From contig CM060732.1 in NCBI GenBank assembly GCA_030704615.1, positions 40,300,001 through 40,364,000 of the forward strand: DNA of 64,000 nucleotides. The letters are read 5' to 3'. Below the pieces are notes generated by a model. It was not told the origin of the DNA and searched no databases. It saw only the letters and a list, made by a program, of their open reading frames with translations. Shown piece after piece: positions 50,898-63,797 of the stretch. The stretch is from Takakia lepidozioides (lineage: Eukaryota; Plantae; Bryophyta). Position numbers and translations under genes: made by a program. Position 1 is the stretch's first letter, and each line of letters begins with the position of its first letter.

Positions 50898-52151
50898 CCG
50901 TACTTACCTAGATTATTAGGCACTTCCGTGCCTAATAATTAATAAAAATGGAATATTATTAGGCAGATTCGTTTTTATTATTTAGGCACCTCCACTAGGT
51001 AATTTCCAAATATTAGGCATGTAATTCAGTCGACCAGGCTGGATAATGATGAACAATAGTTTTTGACCTCCCTCAAAAACTATTGTTGAGGTTATTTTAT
51101 TTAACCCCCTAAACACCCGCAGGCCTCCGTTGACTTTTCCCAAAAAATTGACCCACGGCCAGGGAAACGAGCGTAATTTTTGAAAAAAGTGCATCAAAAA
51201 AGCAACCAGACAATATGTTGCCACCTTACCCCTGGCAGGTCCTGCCCAAATTTCGAGCCAATCAGACAAATGCTGCGAAAACCCCACCGTTGCGAGTGGG
51301 GGCCATTTTTGGGATTTTTTGCAAAAACAAAATAAAAAAAATGGAGATTTGCAAGATTTTGCATGTCGGGATGGTATTGGCTCATCCTGCTGTACCCCAA
51401 AAGGTGTTCCCCACGTTTCGCTTGCTCCAACAAGCCCAAAATCACCAGAATTGGAGCCCATGGCAGGTGCAGGACTTGGTCAAAGTGCAGGGGGTATGAG
51501 ATACTCTTTTGTGAACTATGCACAGGAAAACAAAGAGGCGGGAGCAGCCGCAATCAGAATCCTGCCAAAAAAAGCCCTAGATTTCTGCCGTCCATCCTGG
51601 TCCATCCTGATCTGGGCAATCGCTCTCGCATGGACCATCCTGCCGTCGACACGCAGTGCACCCAACAAAAAAACCAAAATCGGCCAAAATCTGCGACCGG
51701 CAAGACCTGTTCGAGCCTTAGAAATGGCCCGTTTTGGGCCGGCGGGCGTTTAGGGGTTAAGCTGGATAGTGATGAACAATAGTTTTTGACCTCCCTCATA
51801 AACTATTGTTGAGGTTATTTTATTTAAAAAACACATAATGTTTGATATATGATAAAAGAATGGCTGCAGTGAAGGCTGTACGCACCTACACGCCTGGTAC
51901 TACCTAAACCCTAAACCTGGACATGAAAATTTAAATTGTAGGAATTTTTGCCATTTTTGGACTTTAAATCATATAATTTAGGCATGTTTCCCACGTATTT
52001 GGACATTTTGGTATTTTCCACAATTTTTGAGCAACTGGGCAGTTCTCAGGAGGTTTTTCTAAGTTTTAGGCACATTTTCCAAAAAAGTTCTAAATTTAGT
52101 TAGGCACCTGATTTTGAATTAATTATTGCCTAATAAGCTAGGTAAGTACGG
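50898..52151. mobile_element. Non-autonomous Tc1/mariner (pogo-like) element upstream of the RRM gene
   Basis: TA|CCGTACTTACCTAGATTATTAGGCA ... TGCCTAATAAGCTAGGTAAGTACGG|TA: 25-bp TIR with one mismatch and a TA TSD. Confidence 0.85.
51105..51756. mobile_element. Nested piggyBac-like non-autonomous element
   Basis: TTAA|ccccctaaacacccgc ... gcgggcgtttagggg|TTAA. Confidence 0.7.
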
Positions 52152-52504
52152 TATTGTCTTCAGTAGTGGTTGTGGATTCAAACTAGCCACATATGTGTGT
52201 ATGCATTAGCCATTTTGGATAAAGTGACAACATAAATTATGCTTGCTTTGGCAAAAGTCCACATTCATTTTATAGTCTTTTCTCTATTACAAACATGAGC
52301 TTGCCAAATGTGCAAGACCCTCATACCATGTCAACAAGGGTTGAAGTAAAAAGTTCATAGTGATGGTGATGCTTCAATTATTCAGTTTGGAGATTCTTCT
52401 AGTTTGATTATGGATCTCATTGGGAGATGGAACCATTTGAACAATCAACAGAATGAAGTGTCATTATCCATCATAAAGTTGTCATTAGAGCTATTAGAAA
52501 CTAG

Positions 52505-52875
52505 CTCTAAGCACACCTTCTGGCCAAACCTCTATCCCTCCCCGAACCGCCCACTCTGCTCCCACATTCATGCAACTCGCGATACTTGGCCTATCTTCTT
52601 AGCAAATGTCCCCACCCCCGTCATCCACGGGCTCCGTATTGCCCGGCATAACCATGCCCTTTGGCACATCCACAAACTACTATTGCGCCACAACGATGCC
52701 AGATGGTACTCACTTATCAATGCTGGCACATACCAAGGCCGACCCCCACATCATACGGTGCCGACCTGGCTCCACCCATGTGTATGTCGACCCCGCGGGT
52801 CATGCACATGCCCTGCTAGACTCTGCCCAGACATCTTGCTGGTCCAGGGACTCCCCATAAATGCCTCCCCACCCT
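52505..52875 (+). mobile_element. Dualen-like LINE fragment (CCHC knuckle to start of REL)
   Basis: FWPNLYP..RDTWP..IHGLRIARHNHA..LINAG..PDILLVQG is homologous to the 25850-26655 pieces. Confidence 0.8.
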
Positions 52876-54299
52876 CCGTTAACAGCGATATTCCATCAGT
52901 GACGAAGGTCAACAAAGGTTAACAATAACATTTTACCATGCCCAACGAACCTGCCCAATAAAAGGACCTATGGCCAGCGAAGGTGGCAATGTCCGCAGTG
53001 GTAGATCGCGGACCGGTTACCAGATTGAGAAAATCAGCTCAACACATATAGCCACCCACCTGCGTCAGCCGAAGGTCCAAGCTGGCCCAAGCCGTCAAGT
53101 GTCGGGAAGGATAACCTAAGCACAAATTCCAATTTAACAATTATATCCATGTCATGTCCATCCACCTTTGTCCAACTTAGGTCGATATCAAAATTCATAG
53201 AAGAAAAATCCGGGTAGAGCTTTTATTATGTCACGTAACATTGCATTTCCATTAGTGAGGAAGGTCAGCTTTGTTCACCATAGGTCTTGGTCAACACCTG
53301 GGAAACCCTACGTCCACATGCATGCAGGGTATATGCATGTGGACCCAATTCCGAAATTGCCAGCATCATATGAGGGTATGAGGGTGTGATAAATGAATTG
53401 AGTCTGGGATAACTTACAAAACTCACACGACCTGGTTGAACTTGACATTTGAAAATCAGACCTGACACGTGCCGCTCAAACTCATTAGACAAGCACAGGA
53501 GAGGCAACTAATAATTCTTGAGCAGTTGTAGAGAATGTTCACTTTAACCTATGTCACTGCAATATCTAGCTTTTGACAGGACCTTAAAGAGTATGTATTA
53601 TTTAGAAGACAATCCTATGAGAACTACAAAGCCTTAAAAAATTGCCATCAGGCATGTCAATGAAGCTTCACGTAGATTCAGTTTCAATGTGTACATGGTC
53701 AAGGCACAAAGGTACACGGCACCACAGTGAGGCCATTGTACTCAGACACAACATCTGGCAGAAAAAAGCATCCATTGCTTAGCCCATTTACTTTCTGACA
53801 AATCTGCTATTCAGTAGTGTCCTCAGATCCCAAATCAATTACAAATTTTGATCATCGACCAGGCTATCGCTCATACTACTACTAGACAGTTCACATGCCT
53901 CAGTAGCCTCGTCCAACACATACACAAAGCTATTATTCCCAAACATAGATTTTTTCTTTGTTCACGTCAACTAGTCATCCCACTCATTCTCTCGTATTGA
54001 TGATGCTTGTCTTTGGGCCTCAGCTTCTGCGTAGATTGGGAGCATTGGAAACTACTGTGGGGTCATGGGTATGTCAGCAGCGTACGTACGCAAATCCTTC
54101 CTCTGCCTCCTCACATTTCCATGCCTGCACAAATGCAGCCATACGGTCACACTCATAAAAAGAATAGAAACAACAAACGAACCACTATTCATACAAGGTT
54201 AGTGACATGACTCACTCACACATCACCCTCGTCATCTGTGTCCATATACTTCACTGCAGGCCTTCTAGCAGGTAGCGCTTTCCTACAACAGCAACAAAG

Positions 54300-57200
54300 T
54301 TGGCCAATATAAGATAACCCATTTCCAGTTTTAAGAAAAGCAGACATATGCATAACGATGGCACCTTTAATAGTAGTGAATTTACAAAAGATTGCAGCAT
54401 AAGGAGTGAATTATCGAAGTAGTCAAATCCAAAACCCTGGCCCTCTTAGCTGAACATAGCTCCATGATTGTCTGGTAGAATGCGGGGGACTTCTCCTTAC
54501 GACCTATATAAGGAGAACCATTTGGTGACATTGTAATCTCAGATGTGGGTAGAAAATGCCGCAACATATCAGCGGAGAATCACTTCGGATATTTCGATAG
54601 TACACAGCCTTGGTCACTGATTTCAAATCCTGTGTAGGTCCCGAGCACCAAACAATGGACGTCGAAGAACAGCGTCTGTGCAGGAAAATAGGAAATGATT
54701 ACATTTGAAACACTTATAGAATAATATACAAAACTATTGCAAGGCATAAAAAAAGTGATTACCTTTCTTATATTGCACCTCAATTGTCTATCATTGATGC
54801 ACGTCCAAGTCCTGAACACTGTCATATCTTTTTTTCTTTGGTGCCTTCGAATCGCCGTACGGAGATTGGTTGGCGCGACCAGAATAAAACATCCGTTGTC
54901 ATCCAGGAAATGGTATGCAATGTCAAATGCGTTGAGCATGTTCTCATGGAAATACTCATTCCACACATGAACATGACCAACCTCCGAGCCTGCTGCAGGA
55001 TCAACAGAATCAACAACATGACAGTCTGGAAGCTCACAGAAAATAATATTGGCAGATACAGGTATATCCATTTTCTCACGATTTGCAGATGAGCCAGTCT
55101 CCAATGCAGAAAGAAACTTGTAGATTGAGACAAACAAAGACTCATTCTTTCCAGATCTACGTAGTTTTGTCAGTGTCACCAGATCCCCTTGAACACACAA
55201 CACACTCGAAGCGCCGCTGTAAGAGAACCAATGTACCTTGCAGACCAAACAATGTCCTCACCACTACTCCCACTATGCCTTCTTTTCTTCTTGAGCTGCT
55301 CCCCATCATTTGCACTTCCTGCAAGTTTAGAGTCTCCACGATCCGAGCCAGCGGTTGCTTTGTCTCCGGCATTCTTCCCCTTCACTATAATGTACTGTCT
55401 CCTTTTATTCTTCGCAATGGCTAATTCTGCAGCTGCCACCCTTTCATCCTCCAAAGCAATAGCAGTGTCCACGACTTGTTTTAGTTGCAGCTTCCGGTTG
55501 TTCGGCACAGCATCGGGCTGCATTCCAGGATTCTCTTCACCAACCTTAGACTCCACCTGGGTAATTTGCTCCTTCTCTCCCGGAGGACCGTCCTTTAGGG
55601 GATAGTCCAGATACCACGGACACAAGTCAGCAAGAAGTTGAGTCAGGTTGGCCGTCTGGTATTTAGAGAACATAGTGACTTTCTCATTGCCAAGGGTCGT
55701 CCACGCCTTAGCAACAGAGGGAAGATTGTCACTCCCGTGGATGTCAAGAAGATACCTACACAAACCAAATAACCAATTCAGTTTGTGCCAATAAGGTCCT
55801 CACATAGCATGGATGGGGATAAGAACACTTAAGTATACAAATGGGGGGGATTAAGAACGAATTCATGGACCGTGATACCCACCTACGTCCACCGAATGTG
55901 GGTGACGATACATGGGGGTATAGGGTCTATGAGGGTATATATGAGGGTATATAATCCCCGAAGAGAAATCAAATAATTTGACAATGAAATTGAAATTCCT
56001 CACATTTATGCCTTAATTTATGTCTTATATAGGCCTACCTAGGAACCACCTACGTCTTGAGGGTTCATAACATAACCTGGACAAAAGAAAATTATGTAAT
56101 TAAAGAAGAAAACTATTTTTCTCTGATTTACTGCGTATCTGGCCATTTACTAGGGCATATCTTGTATATTTTTAAATTTAGGATTTAGGGTGACTTTATA
56201 TGGGGCCCCTCGAATAAATTAAAAAATAAACATTGTTTTACTTTAATTAATTGCTTTCATTCCAGAGATAATTAGTTGATGTTGGTCAATGACCCACCTA
56301 CGTCCACCGAAGGTGGGTGAACGATGCTGGTTGACTGGAAACAACTTACTTCTTTATCAGGGATTTGTTTTGTGTTTTTGTTATTGGATCTACCATAAAT
56401 TAAAATAATTTCCTTCCTAAGAGTAAGTACATTACAGGCAGTATACGACCCACTTGCGTCGAGCGAAGGTGGGTGACAAGAGTATGTGGTCCAACGAAGG
56501 TCCATTGCTATTGAGGATATGTCTTCTCTATGGCCGTAGTTTTGGGCAAGCTAGAACGTTTCTATGTACCTTCGAGTGTTTTCCAACGAAGGTTGGAGGG
56601 TTCCATGGTGTCATTACATTTACAAGAGCACCGGGTGAGTGTGGTAAGAGTAGGATTATGGGTGAGTTCGCACCTGCACAACAATCTTTTTGGCAGCACG
56701 AGGTCCACCTGATTCGTCAGACAGTAGCATTGTCCTACGATGAGACTCGATCTCTAGCTTGAACAACTTCTTGTAGGCTTTCTTCTTCCATTCAAGTATC
56801 CACTTCTCAAATGCAAGTGCACCCCCCTCATCTGTTTCTGTGATCTTGGCGAACAACTCCATAGCCTTTGTGGCAACCTGTTGCCATCATATGCACTGTT
56901 TAGAGATGCTCATAACAGATGTCATAAATACAAAGTGCAATATTTCATGGCAAAATTGTTCCTCATCTGAAACCACCACGTTTCTTTGGCCAACCACTTG
57001 TCCATAATCTTGTCAGTGATCTTGCCTTCAGCTCCTGGAAAGTAGGCCTATGCCTGTTGGGCAGGTGTTGCAATATGCAGCTGTAGCCACCGCTGCTTCT
57101 CTTTTGGGGATACCTCGGAAGTTGCAATTATGTAGGCTCTCTCCAAGCCTACTTTTTTCCCCCCTCTTGGCAAGTCTGTAAGGTTGGCAAAAACTCCGGG

Positions 57201-57400
57201 CCGTTGGCCGAATCGCAAATGAGAAGCTTCTTCGTCTTTGCTTGTATGCTTTAGATTTGGCAGCATTTTTAGCTACAACTATTACAACAGCCATTCCTTC
57301 GCGATTCTTCTCTTCCTCTGGGGTTTCAGCTTCGTACATAATCTTCACATGTGCAATTGCCTTCATTATGTCCCCCTATATGCAAATCAATCAATGTTTA
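54300..57400 (-). pseudogene. Diverged paralog of the transposon-borne MTase-fold gene; the ParB-like 5' part is not seen
   Basis: Collinear matches to copy 1: ERAYIIATSEVSPKEKQRWL ~ EKLHRLAISMVDPQTKIRWL; CPWYLDYP ~ CGWYLDCP; NIIFCELPD ~ DIVILDIPD; FLDDNG..RTWTCIN ~ FLSDAG..RTWNCVN; FEISDQGC in both; GRKEKSPAF..CS..ARVLDL ~ GAKEKSPAF..CS..ARVVDL. Several intron positions are shared. Confidence 0.8.
55877..56593. repeat. Intronic array of the imperfect palindrome ACCCACCTACG-N5-CGAAGGTGGGT
   Basis: Full copies at 55877-55903, 56292-56318 and 56448-56474; partial copies at 56046, ~56490 and 56568-56593; inside the 918-bp intron 55756-56673. Confidence 0.85.
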
Positions 57401-57413
57401 TTAACATCCTCCC

Positions 57414-59700
57414 TGTCAAGGACGAGAGCATAACTAAACACAAAGAAGATATCAGACTAGAGGTACAAGACTAGACAAGAAGTCAAGGTCGGCGTGGCCG
57501 AATACATGATGGGTATGAATCAAGATGATCTTTATAACAATGGACAAGAATACAAATACTGGAACTTGACTTGGATACTGGAATGTTGGAAACTGGACTA
57601 GAGTACTCGATACTGGAAACTGGAAACTGGAAACAAGAGTAGCTTGAACTTGTGTTGGCGAGACTGAAGAGTGTTCAGTCTCGCTTCCTATATATATTGG
57701 CTACTAGGAGGTTCCCTAATAGGCTTCCCAAAGGAGGTTTCTTGATGGAGAAGTTTCCTCCAAATGAAGCTTCCTGAGCAGTTTCCCAAGTTACTTTCGA
57801 TAATATGGTAAACTCCCGATAACTTGGTAACTAATGGTAACTAATGGTAATCATGATAGATCACGGTAATTATTCCAATCCCAGATTGCGATCTTTTTTT
57901 TCTCCCGCCTTTCAAGTCCAGTAGGAACACACGGCGAGGAGCTTGGCAATTGGTGGAAGCCATGTATAGCGATGAAATATCGCAACAAAGCAATTGGCCG
58001 CATCAGAATGACAAGAGGGCAGGACGACTTCAAACGGCGAAGCATGGACTTGTTAGTGGTGCGGGACAACTAGAAGGGACTCCGGACAACCTTCATCTCA
58101 GTGGCAGGGTCAAAGACGCCAGAGCCATCACCAGGGATTTGATTTCCAAAAATACCAAAATTTGTGTGTAGCGAAAATACGACGAATGGCGAGAAGCGCA
58201 ACTTTTACCACCGATGGAGCTGAGAATTTGCAAGCTGATACGGGGTATATAATTGTAGTTTGTCACCAAGTTTGGTGATTTAAGGAGCTGATTAGCAGCG
58301 GGGCTAAATTATTGAATCGACGGCACTCACAATGCCTATTATTTGCATTTCTACTTCTTGGATGGATGAAAAAACCTGGAATTCGCTTTGAGGAGCTAGA
58401 TGGATGAAATGACAACTCGCGCCAACTGGTCATCCAATTGGATGGATGCAAAGCCAGCTTTCATTTGCCTTTCATCCATGTGGAATATTATATTATAGAT
58501 CCTCCAATGAAACAATAGTTTAATGAATATTTTCCATTAGTTTACTAGCCCCAAAAACAGTATAAAAAAGGGCAAGGCTTCTCTTGTTCTTCATCTAGCT
58601 CATTTGCTTACTTTCCTCTTGCTTATTGTTGTAGTGCTTGATAGTTTTTTGGCTTGAGAAGGGGCTAGATCCTAGGGAGTGGAGCTTGAAGCTCCCTAGT
58701 TAGGTAGGATTCTTGTAAGCTAAGGCAAGTGACCTAACTGTTGGGCCTTTGAGCCATTTCATTTGTGAAAAAAGATGGCAATTTCATGTGGAGGAAAGTG
58801 ACTTGAGGACGAATATGAGGGGCTGATGTGGACTTATGGACGAGAGCCCAAGTGGAGGCTACATAGAGTACCATTACTTGAGTTATTTTTCAACATTTAT
58901 GATTTGCGAAATTGCTTAAATAGAATAGATGCACGTGGTGCACGTTATAGCCTGCAGGGCGTTGATTAAATTAATTGAACTTGTTAAGTTGAGGGGCTTA
59001 GAACCACCTTATTGAACTTGATGAACCTATTGGATGATGATAGGCATTTTGGCCACTCCTTTGCTTAAACAAAGTATTTAGGCACTGGGGTAGGAAGCGT
59101 TGGCCCTTCCATTAGATGTGACTTGAACTCAAGCCCTCGGCGAAGGAGGGGCATTGGGGGAGGAAGATTTTTCCTCTTCTTCCTAGGCTCGGCAGGTGCC
59201 TTGTGAAGGGATTAAAACATGTCCCGGCTATAGGCGGTTCGGGGGCCTAGGCGGTAGGAATTAGACAATAAAATACAAAGACTTGGAAGGCAGTTACTGA
59301 GCTGAAGCATGAACTCATGCATATATAACTCATCAAATACAAGTCAAACCAAGTGCTCCCCACGTCATGGGGAATCCACACTATGGCGCCATAGCTAGGC
59401 GCGGTGAGGCTCAACTCGCGAAAGATGAGCTTCCCGCGCTTGCCGTGAAGATAACCACTCTAGGGCCTAAATCTGCCTTGACCCCTGGATTAACACTTGG
59501 GCCAATCCCAAATGTCAATATGAAAAGCTAGCTATTTCCTAGCTAGTTTCACACTAGTGGTGAAAAGTCTGTTGGCACTCCGAGTCGCCCAGTCGTTTCC
59601 CAGTCGTTTTGCAAGTCCCTTTGAAAAGCAAGTCATTTTCTTGTATGTAGCAAGCAGTGGGTAAAGAGTACTTAGATATGAAAAGAGTCAAGTGAGGTCA
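57414..59700. mobile_element. Probable LTR-derived non-coding sequence interrupting the second MTase-like gene
   Basis: Homology to the gene ends abruptly at ~57400. TG start, TATA-like tract and short internal repeats (actggaa, ctaatggtaa). No TSD or paired LTR resolved. Confidence 0.35.
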
Positions 59701-60935
59701 CATCTCCGTGAACCCCTAGATTGTTGGTAGCATCCACAACAATTAGGATCCAGTATATCTATTACATTTATGGATAAGTCGAGTGATAGAAAATGTGCAA
59801 AAAACACTGTATTCGTTAAAAGTGGACAATGGTTTGTCCACTTTTATTGTAGGAGAATTGAAATGGCATATCTCCAATAAGAGGTTGTAGCCGAATGATG
59901 AAATGATATTTGTTTGTGTCGACTTTGGCTAAAGGTTTTATTTTTTTTGTCATTTGCAATAGAATCGTTGATGGTAGTTTTGAGTTTACATCAATACCTT
60001 ATAACTAAGGTGCGAAGAGTTTTGTCATCACTGCCATGAAACATTGTAAATTTCAAGTCTTTCAATATTTGAGGGTACTCTTTTATCCATACATCAGATA
60101 TTTATCTACATAATTATAATATAATATGTACATATATTGCAAATATATATTTATGAAAATCATAAGGGAGAAACATCCATAATAGTATATCATGATGCAT
60201 CCAGGAATTACAACCATCTTTTATTTCATATATGACATGTCTGGTTTCTATCCTTTCTGTGGAACAACATTTGGGATATCTTTCATCCACATATCATACT
60301 CTTCATTAGTAAAAAATCTCCATTTTCAATCTTGTCTACATCCCTACTTCTGCCGGTGAGAGAGCTCGGCGGAGCTCCGCCCTCCCGCCATGTCCACATC
60401 CGTGCATTAGTAGTGTCTTTAGCCACGACTAATCATGTAGGATTCTGCCAGTTTTCTACCTACCTAGTCTTATTAACCCTTCAAATATGCGTTTCCACTA
60501 TCATATCCATGACTACTACATCTACAAAAGCACTCTTCAGCCTGTACCTCCCCTCTCCCTCTCTTCTCTCAGCAGTTTATCATCTTTTCTCACCTCTCTG
60601 TTTGCTACCATGGCCTTCGCCTCATCATGCTGCTCAAATGGAACCAGTTTTGGAAAGTTTCACAATATATATGCTTTCTGGTGTATCGCAATGCAAAAAG
60701 ATGTCATAGTTATGTCTGCTCTTTGCTATTCGATAATCACCACCCAGAGTCTCTCCCTCAGCACTACCTCATACACACAAGAACAACCTCGGAAGGCACT
60801 TGAAGGGCGACCGCATCTCGTGAAGTTTCCCCAACCCGAGAGTTCATCAAGAGAACTCGCAACTGCTGAAATAGAACGACCCCACACACGCAGCAGCAAA
60901 CAGTTCGCCTTGGCTTCGACGCCTTGGAGATGACA

Positions 60936-61100
60936 ACCAATATAAATCTACAAATAATACCAACCTACCTATCAAACAATATAAATCTATCAAGCAATAC
61001 CAACCTACTTATCAAACAATACAAACCATACCTATCAACCAATATAAATCTACTAAGTAATACCAACATACCTATCAAATAGTATCTACCACCCTACCTA
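60936..61100. repeat. Degenerate minisatellite (aataccaacctacctatcaaac / aatataaatcta units)
   Basis: Alternating repeated units are visible directly. Confidence 0.75.
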
Positions 61101-61271
61101 CATTCCACTAGTATAAGGGGCTTATGCCTCCAATTTTGAGTTCATTTCACATGGATTATTGTAGCGGTTCGACCTCTCAAACTTATGGAGTTTCAACAAA
61201 CGTGGACAACATAGCTCAAGATATGTTTCTAATAACACTTCTACATATGTTGTCGGCAAGTAGAAGATGAA

Positions 61272-61532
61272 GTGGTAGCGTACGCAACACCCCTATATTC
61301 CTTGACGTCGATATCTTTATATCAACTTATTTTTCTCATTTCCAATGAGAAGATGAGAGTGTAGCGTACGCAACACCCTAATGAACATGATGAAATATCT
61401 TACATTTCGTGAATATCTCCAAATTTTAAACCCTAAACCCTAAAGAGGTAGTTGTGTACGCAACACCCCCTTAGTCAACATGTATTATTATTAATTTTTT
61501 ATTTGACTAGGGGTGTTGCGCATGCTACACCC
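61272..61532. repeat. Four spaced copies of the palindrome GGGTGT(A/T)GCGTACGCAACACCC
   Basis: 61272-61293, 61359-61378, 61447-61470 and 61510-61532 (the last is inverted). Confidence 0.8.
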
Positions 61533-61744
61533 ATATGTTCGATGTATTGCTCTCTACTCCAAGACGGCGGTTGCAAATGAACATACATATGGGGTGACCC
61601 TCTTACATATGAACAAAAAAAGAATGACCACTATTAATTTTAGAAAAAACACAGTTATGGAGCATCATAATGGTATGTCATGTGTGCACCATTATGGACG
61701 CAACCAACGTTCCATCCACAAACCAAGATTTCCTTCATATATAT

Positions 61745-62337
61745 GGCGGCGCTTGTCCCCGTCACGCCATGTGACAGAATCACATGACGTAGCCATATGG
61801 GTTTTTTCTTTATTTTATTTTATTTTGGCTTTTTTCGGGCGGCACTTGTCCACGTTCCGCCCCTTGGCGGGATCGGACGGCGCCGTCATGTGCCAGTGAT
61901 AGAAAATTATTTTGATTTTGATTTATATATATATATATATATATATTGGTGGGCGGCACTGTCCGCGTCCCGCTGCGTGGAACCTCCATATGTCAGTGAT
62001 AGGAAATTGTTTTGGTTTTTATTTTTCTATTTTTTAAAATAATTAATGAATTAATGATAACTTCTGGGCAGCGCCTGTTCGCTTTACGCCACGTGGCGGA
62101 GTCGCGGGGCGCCGCCAGCGATAGAAAATAGTTTATTTTCTAATTTTCTTAAAATAAATAATAAAATATATTTTGCTGGCTGCGCCAGTTCGTGCTGAGC
62201 CACGTGGCAGCATTATGCGGAGCGCCACACTGCGCCATGTGGCACAATTTAAAACTTTATTCTTTTTATTTTTGTTAATTTTTATTTTATTTATTTTCGA
62301 TTTGGCGGCGCCTTTTCTTGCTGCGCTACGTGGCACA
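61745..62337. repeat. Six GC-rich blocks (ggc.gcgc...gccacgtggc) alternating with AT-rich linkers, ~110 bp period
   Basis: Blocks start near 61745, 61837, 61951, 62066, 62178 and 62304. Confidence 0.7.
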
Positions 62338-63457
62338 ATATAAAATTTGCACAGGGGCTAGTAGCTCAGCTTGTAAGTGCACAGTGTGTCGCCTTGGTGG
62401 TTCAGGGTTCAGACTTGGTATCCTGCAACGTGTGTGGGATTGTTCGTGATGGTATGCCTAGGCGTTGATCTCCTTGTTTCTAGATGTGGCACACGCAGGA
62501 TACCTTCGTTAACATCTAATCATGGAAAACAACAACAGACATCCACAATTGAACCAGAATGGATAGTGGAATCAAGCCCAGTTTAAGGTATCGTCAACGC
62601 CATCTTAACCTTGCCTACATTGCATGCACATGCACTCATCCTCACACACCCTCTGCGGAAACAATCTGGAATCTATGATGGTATTGGCCGAAAACACCCA
62701 AACACACCCTAAAAAATAATTGTAGTGTCACTACAATACAACAACTGTTTGTACAAAACTTGGGTACCAAGTGATGATGGTGAAGACGACATTTCAGTGG
62801 ACTCTATATTTATTTCGTGGAGAAATATAGTCGGGACAAACAAAACCAAAATATGGCACAACAAAAAAGTAGAGGCAGAAATTGTTATTCCAAAAATATT
62901 ATATGAACATTTCAAAAATCATATGATGCTTACGGATAATGATGTTGCCGACGAACATCAAGCTACAATTTAGGATCAAAATTCATAGTTTCCGTTTAAA
63001 ATTATGGAGACATTGTATCTGTTCATAATGTTTTAAATAAAATCATTAGGTTTTAAATGATATCAAATTTTCTCTCTCAAATTGTTTGCATATTTGTATT
63101 TCTGGTTTGACGAAACATGAATAGATGAAATTGAATAGACATCATTTGTTTATTTTATCCCAATACTGTTTATAATTATTCTATATATTTGCATGTATAT
63201 GAGTATATATATGACATATGTATACACACAGGATACCATTACAATGAGAAAATTTCATGATATCATCATGTATATATTGCATCGTATATATTATTTTGAT
63301 TGAATCTATTTCATATGTATATCTTTTTTATGGTATGGAGATTAGATTTCATACAATAAATTATTTTTAGTTATACCTTTATTTCTGTTCATAGGCCTTC
63401 TAATATGCTCATGTCCACTTTTCTACCATCATGTCCACTTTTAACGAATACAGTGTT

Positions 63458-63797
63458 AAAAGGGACTTGCTCTTCAAAGGTTTTTATTTGCTTAGGAGTG
63501 AAGTAAACACACTGGCGAAACCCCAATCTTTTCATGGATGGGAGCTCAATGTGCGGCAAAGAGTCATAGTGTCCATAGTGAAGGTCAGGAGTTGAACTCA
63601 TGGCTTAATTAACCTTGTATGGGTTGAATATATTTTTGATGTTGTGTTTATTCATGTTTTGTGGCAGGTCGTAGCATTTGCAGTGTTCAGAAACCAGGAA
63701 TCTGCTCTGAAGCAAGTGAGGCTCTAAATGTACAAACCTCCTGACCCTTTGCATGATGGTGTAACTAGCATTGGGAGTGCATAGGCACTGTTTGTCA
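63458..63797 (+). pseudogene. Inverted copy of RRM-gene exon 2 with flanking intron sequence
   Basis: Reverse complement of ~48349-48715, with a ~24-bp deletion and a frameshifted exon. Confidence 0.9.

Noticed and set aside
50982-51799. Overlapping 120-160 aa ORFs
   Set aside because: They lie inside non-autonomous TIR elements and have no transposase or other motifs; treated as spurious.
61428-61444. Telomeric repeat aaaccctaaaccctaaa
   Set aside because: Only about two units; an interstitial telo-box-type motif, not a telomere.
62345-62362. Helitron 3' end (CTAG-T)
   Set aside because: No convincing GC hairpin upstream and no Rep/helicase remnants.
62587-62960. Weak matches to the element-1 palindrome (tatcgtcaacgccat, tgatgttgccgacgaacatca)
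   Set aside because: Too degenerate and sparse to separate from chance without a PWM test.
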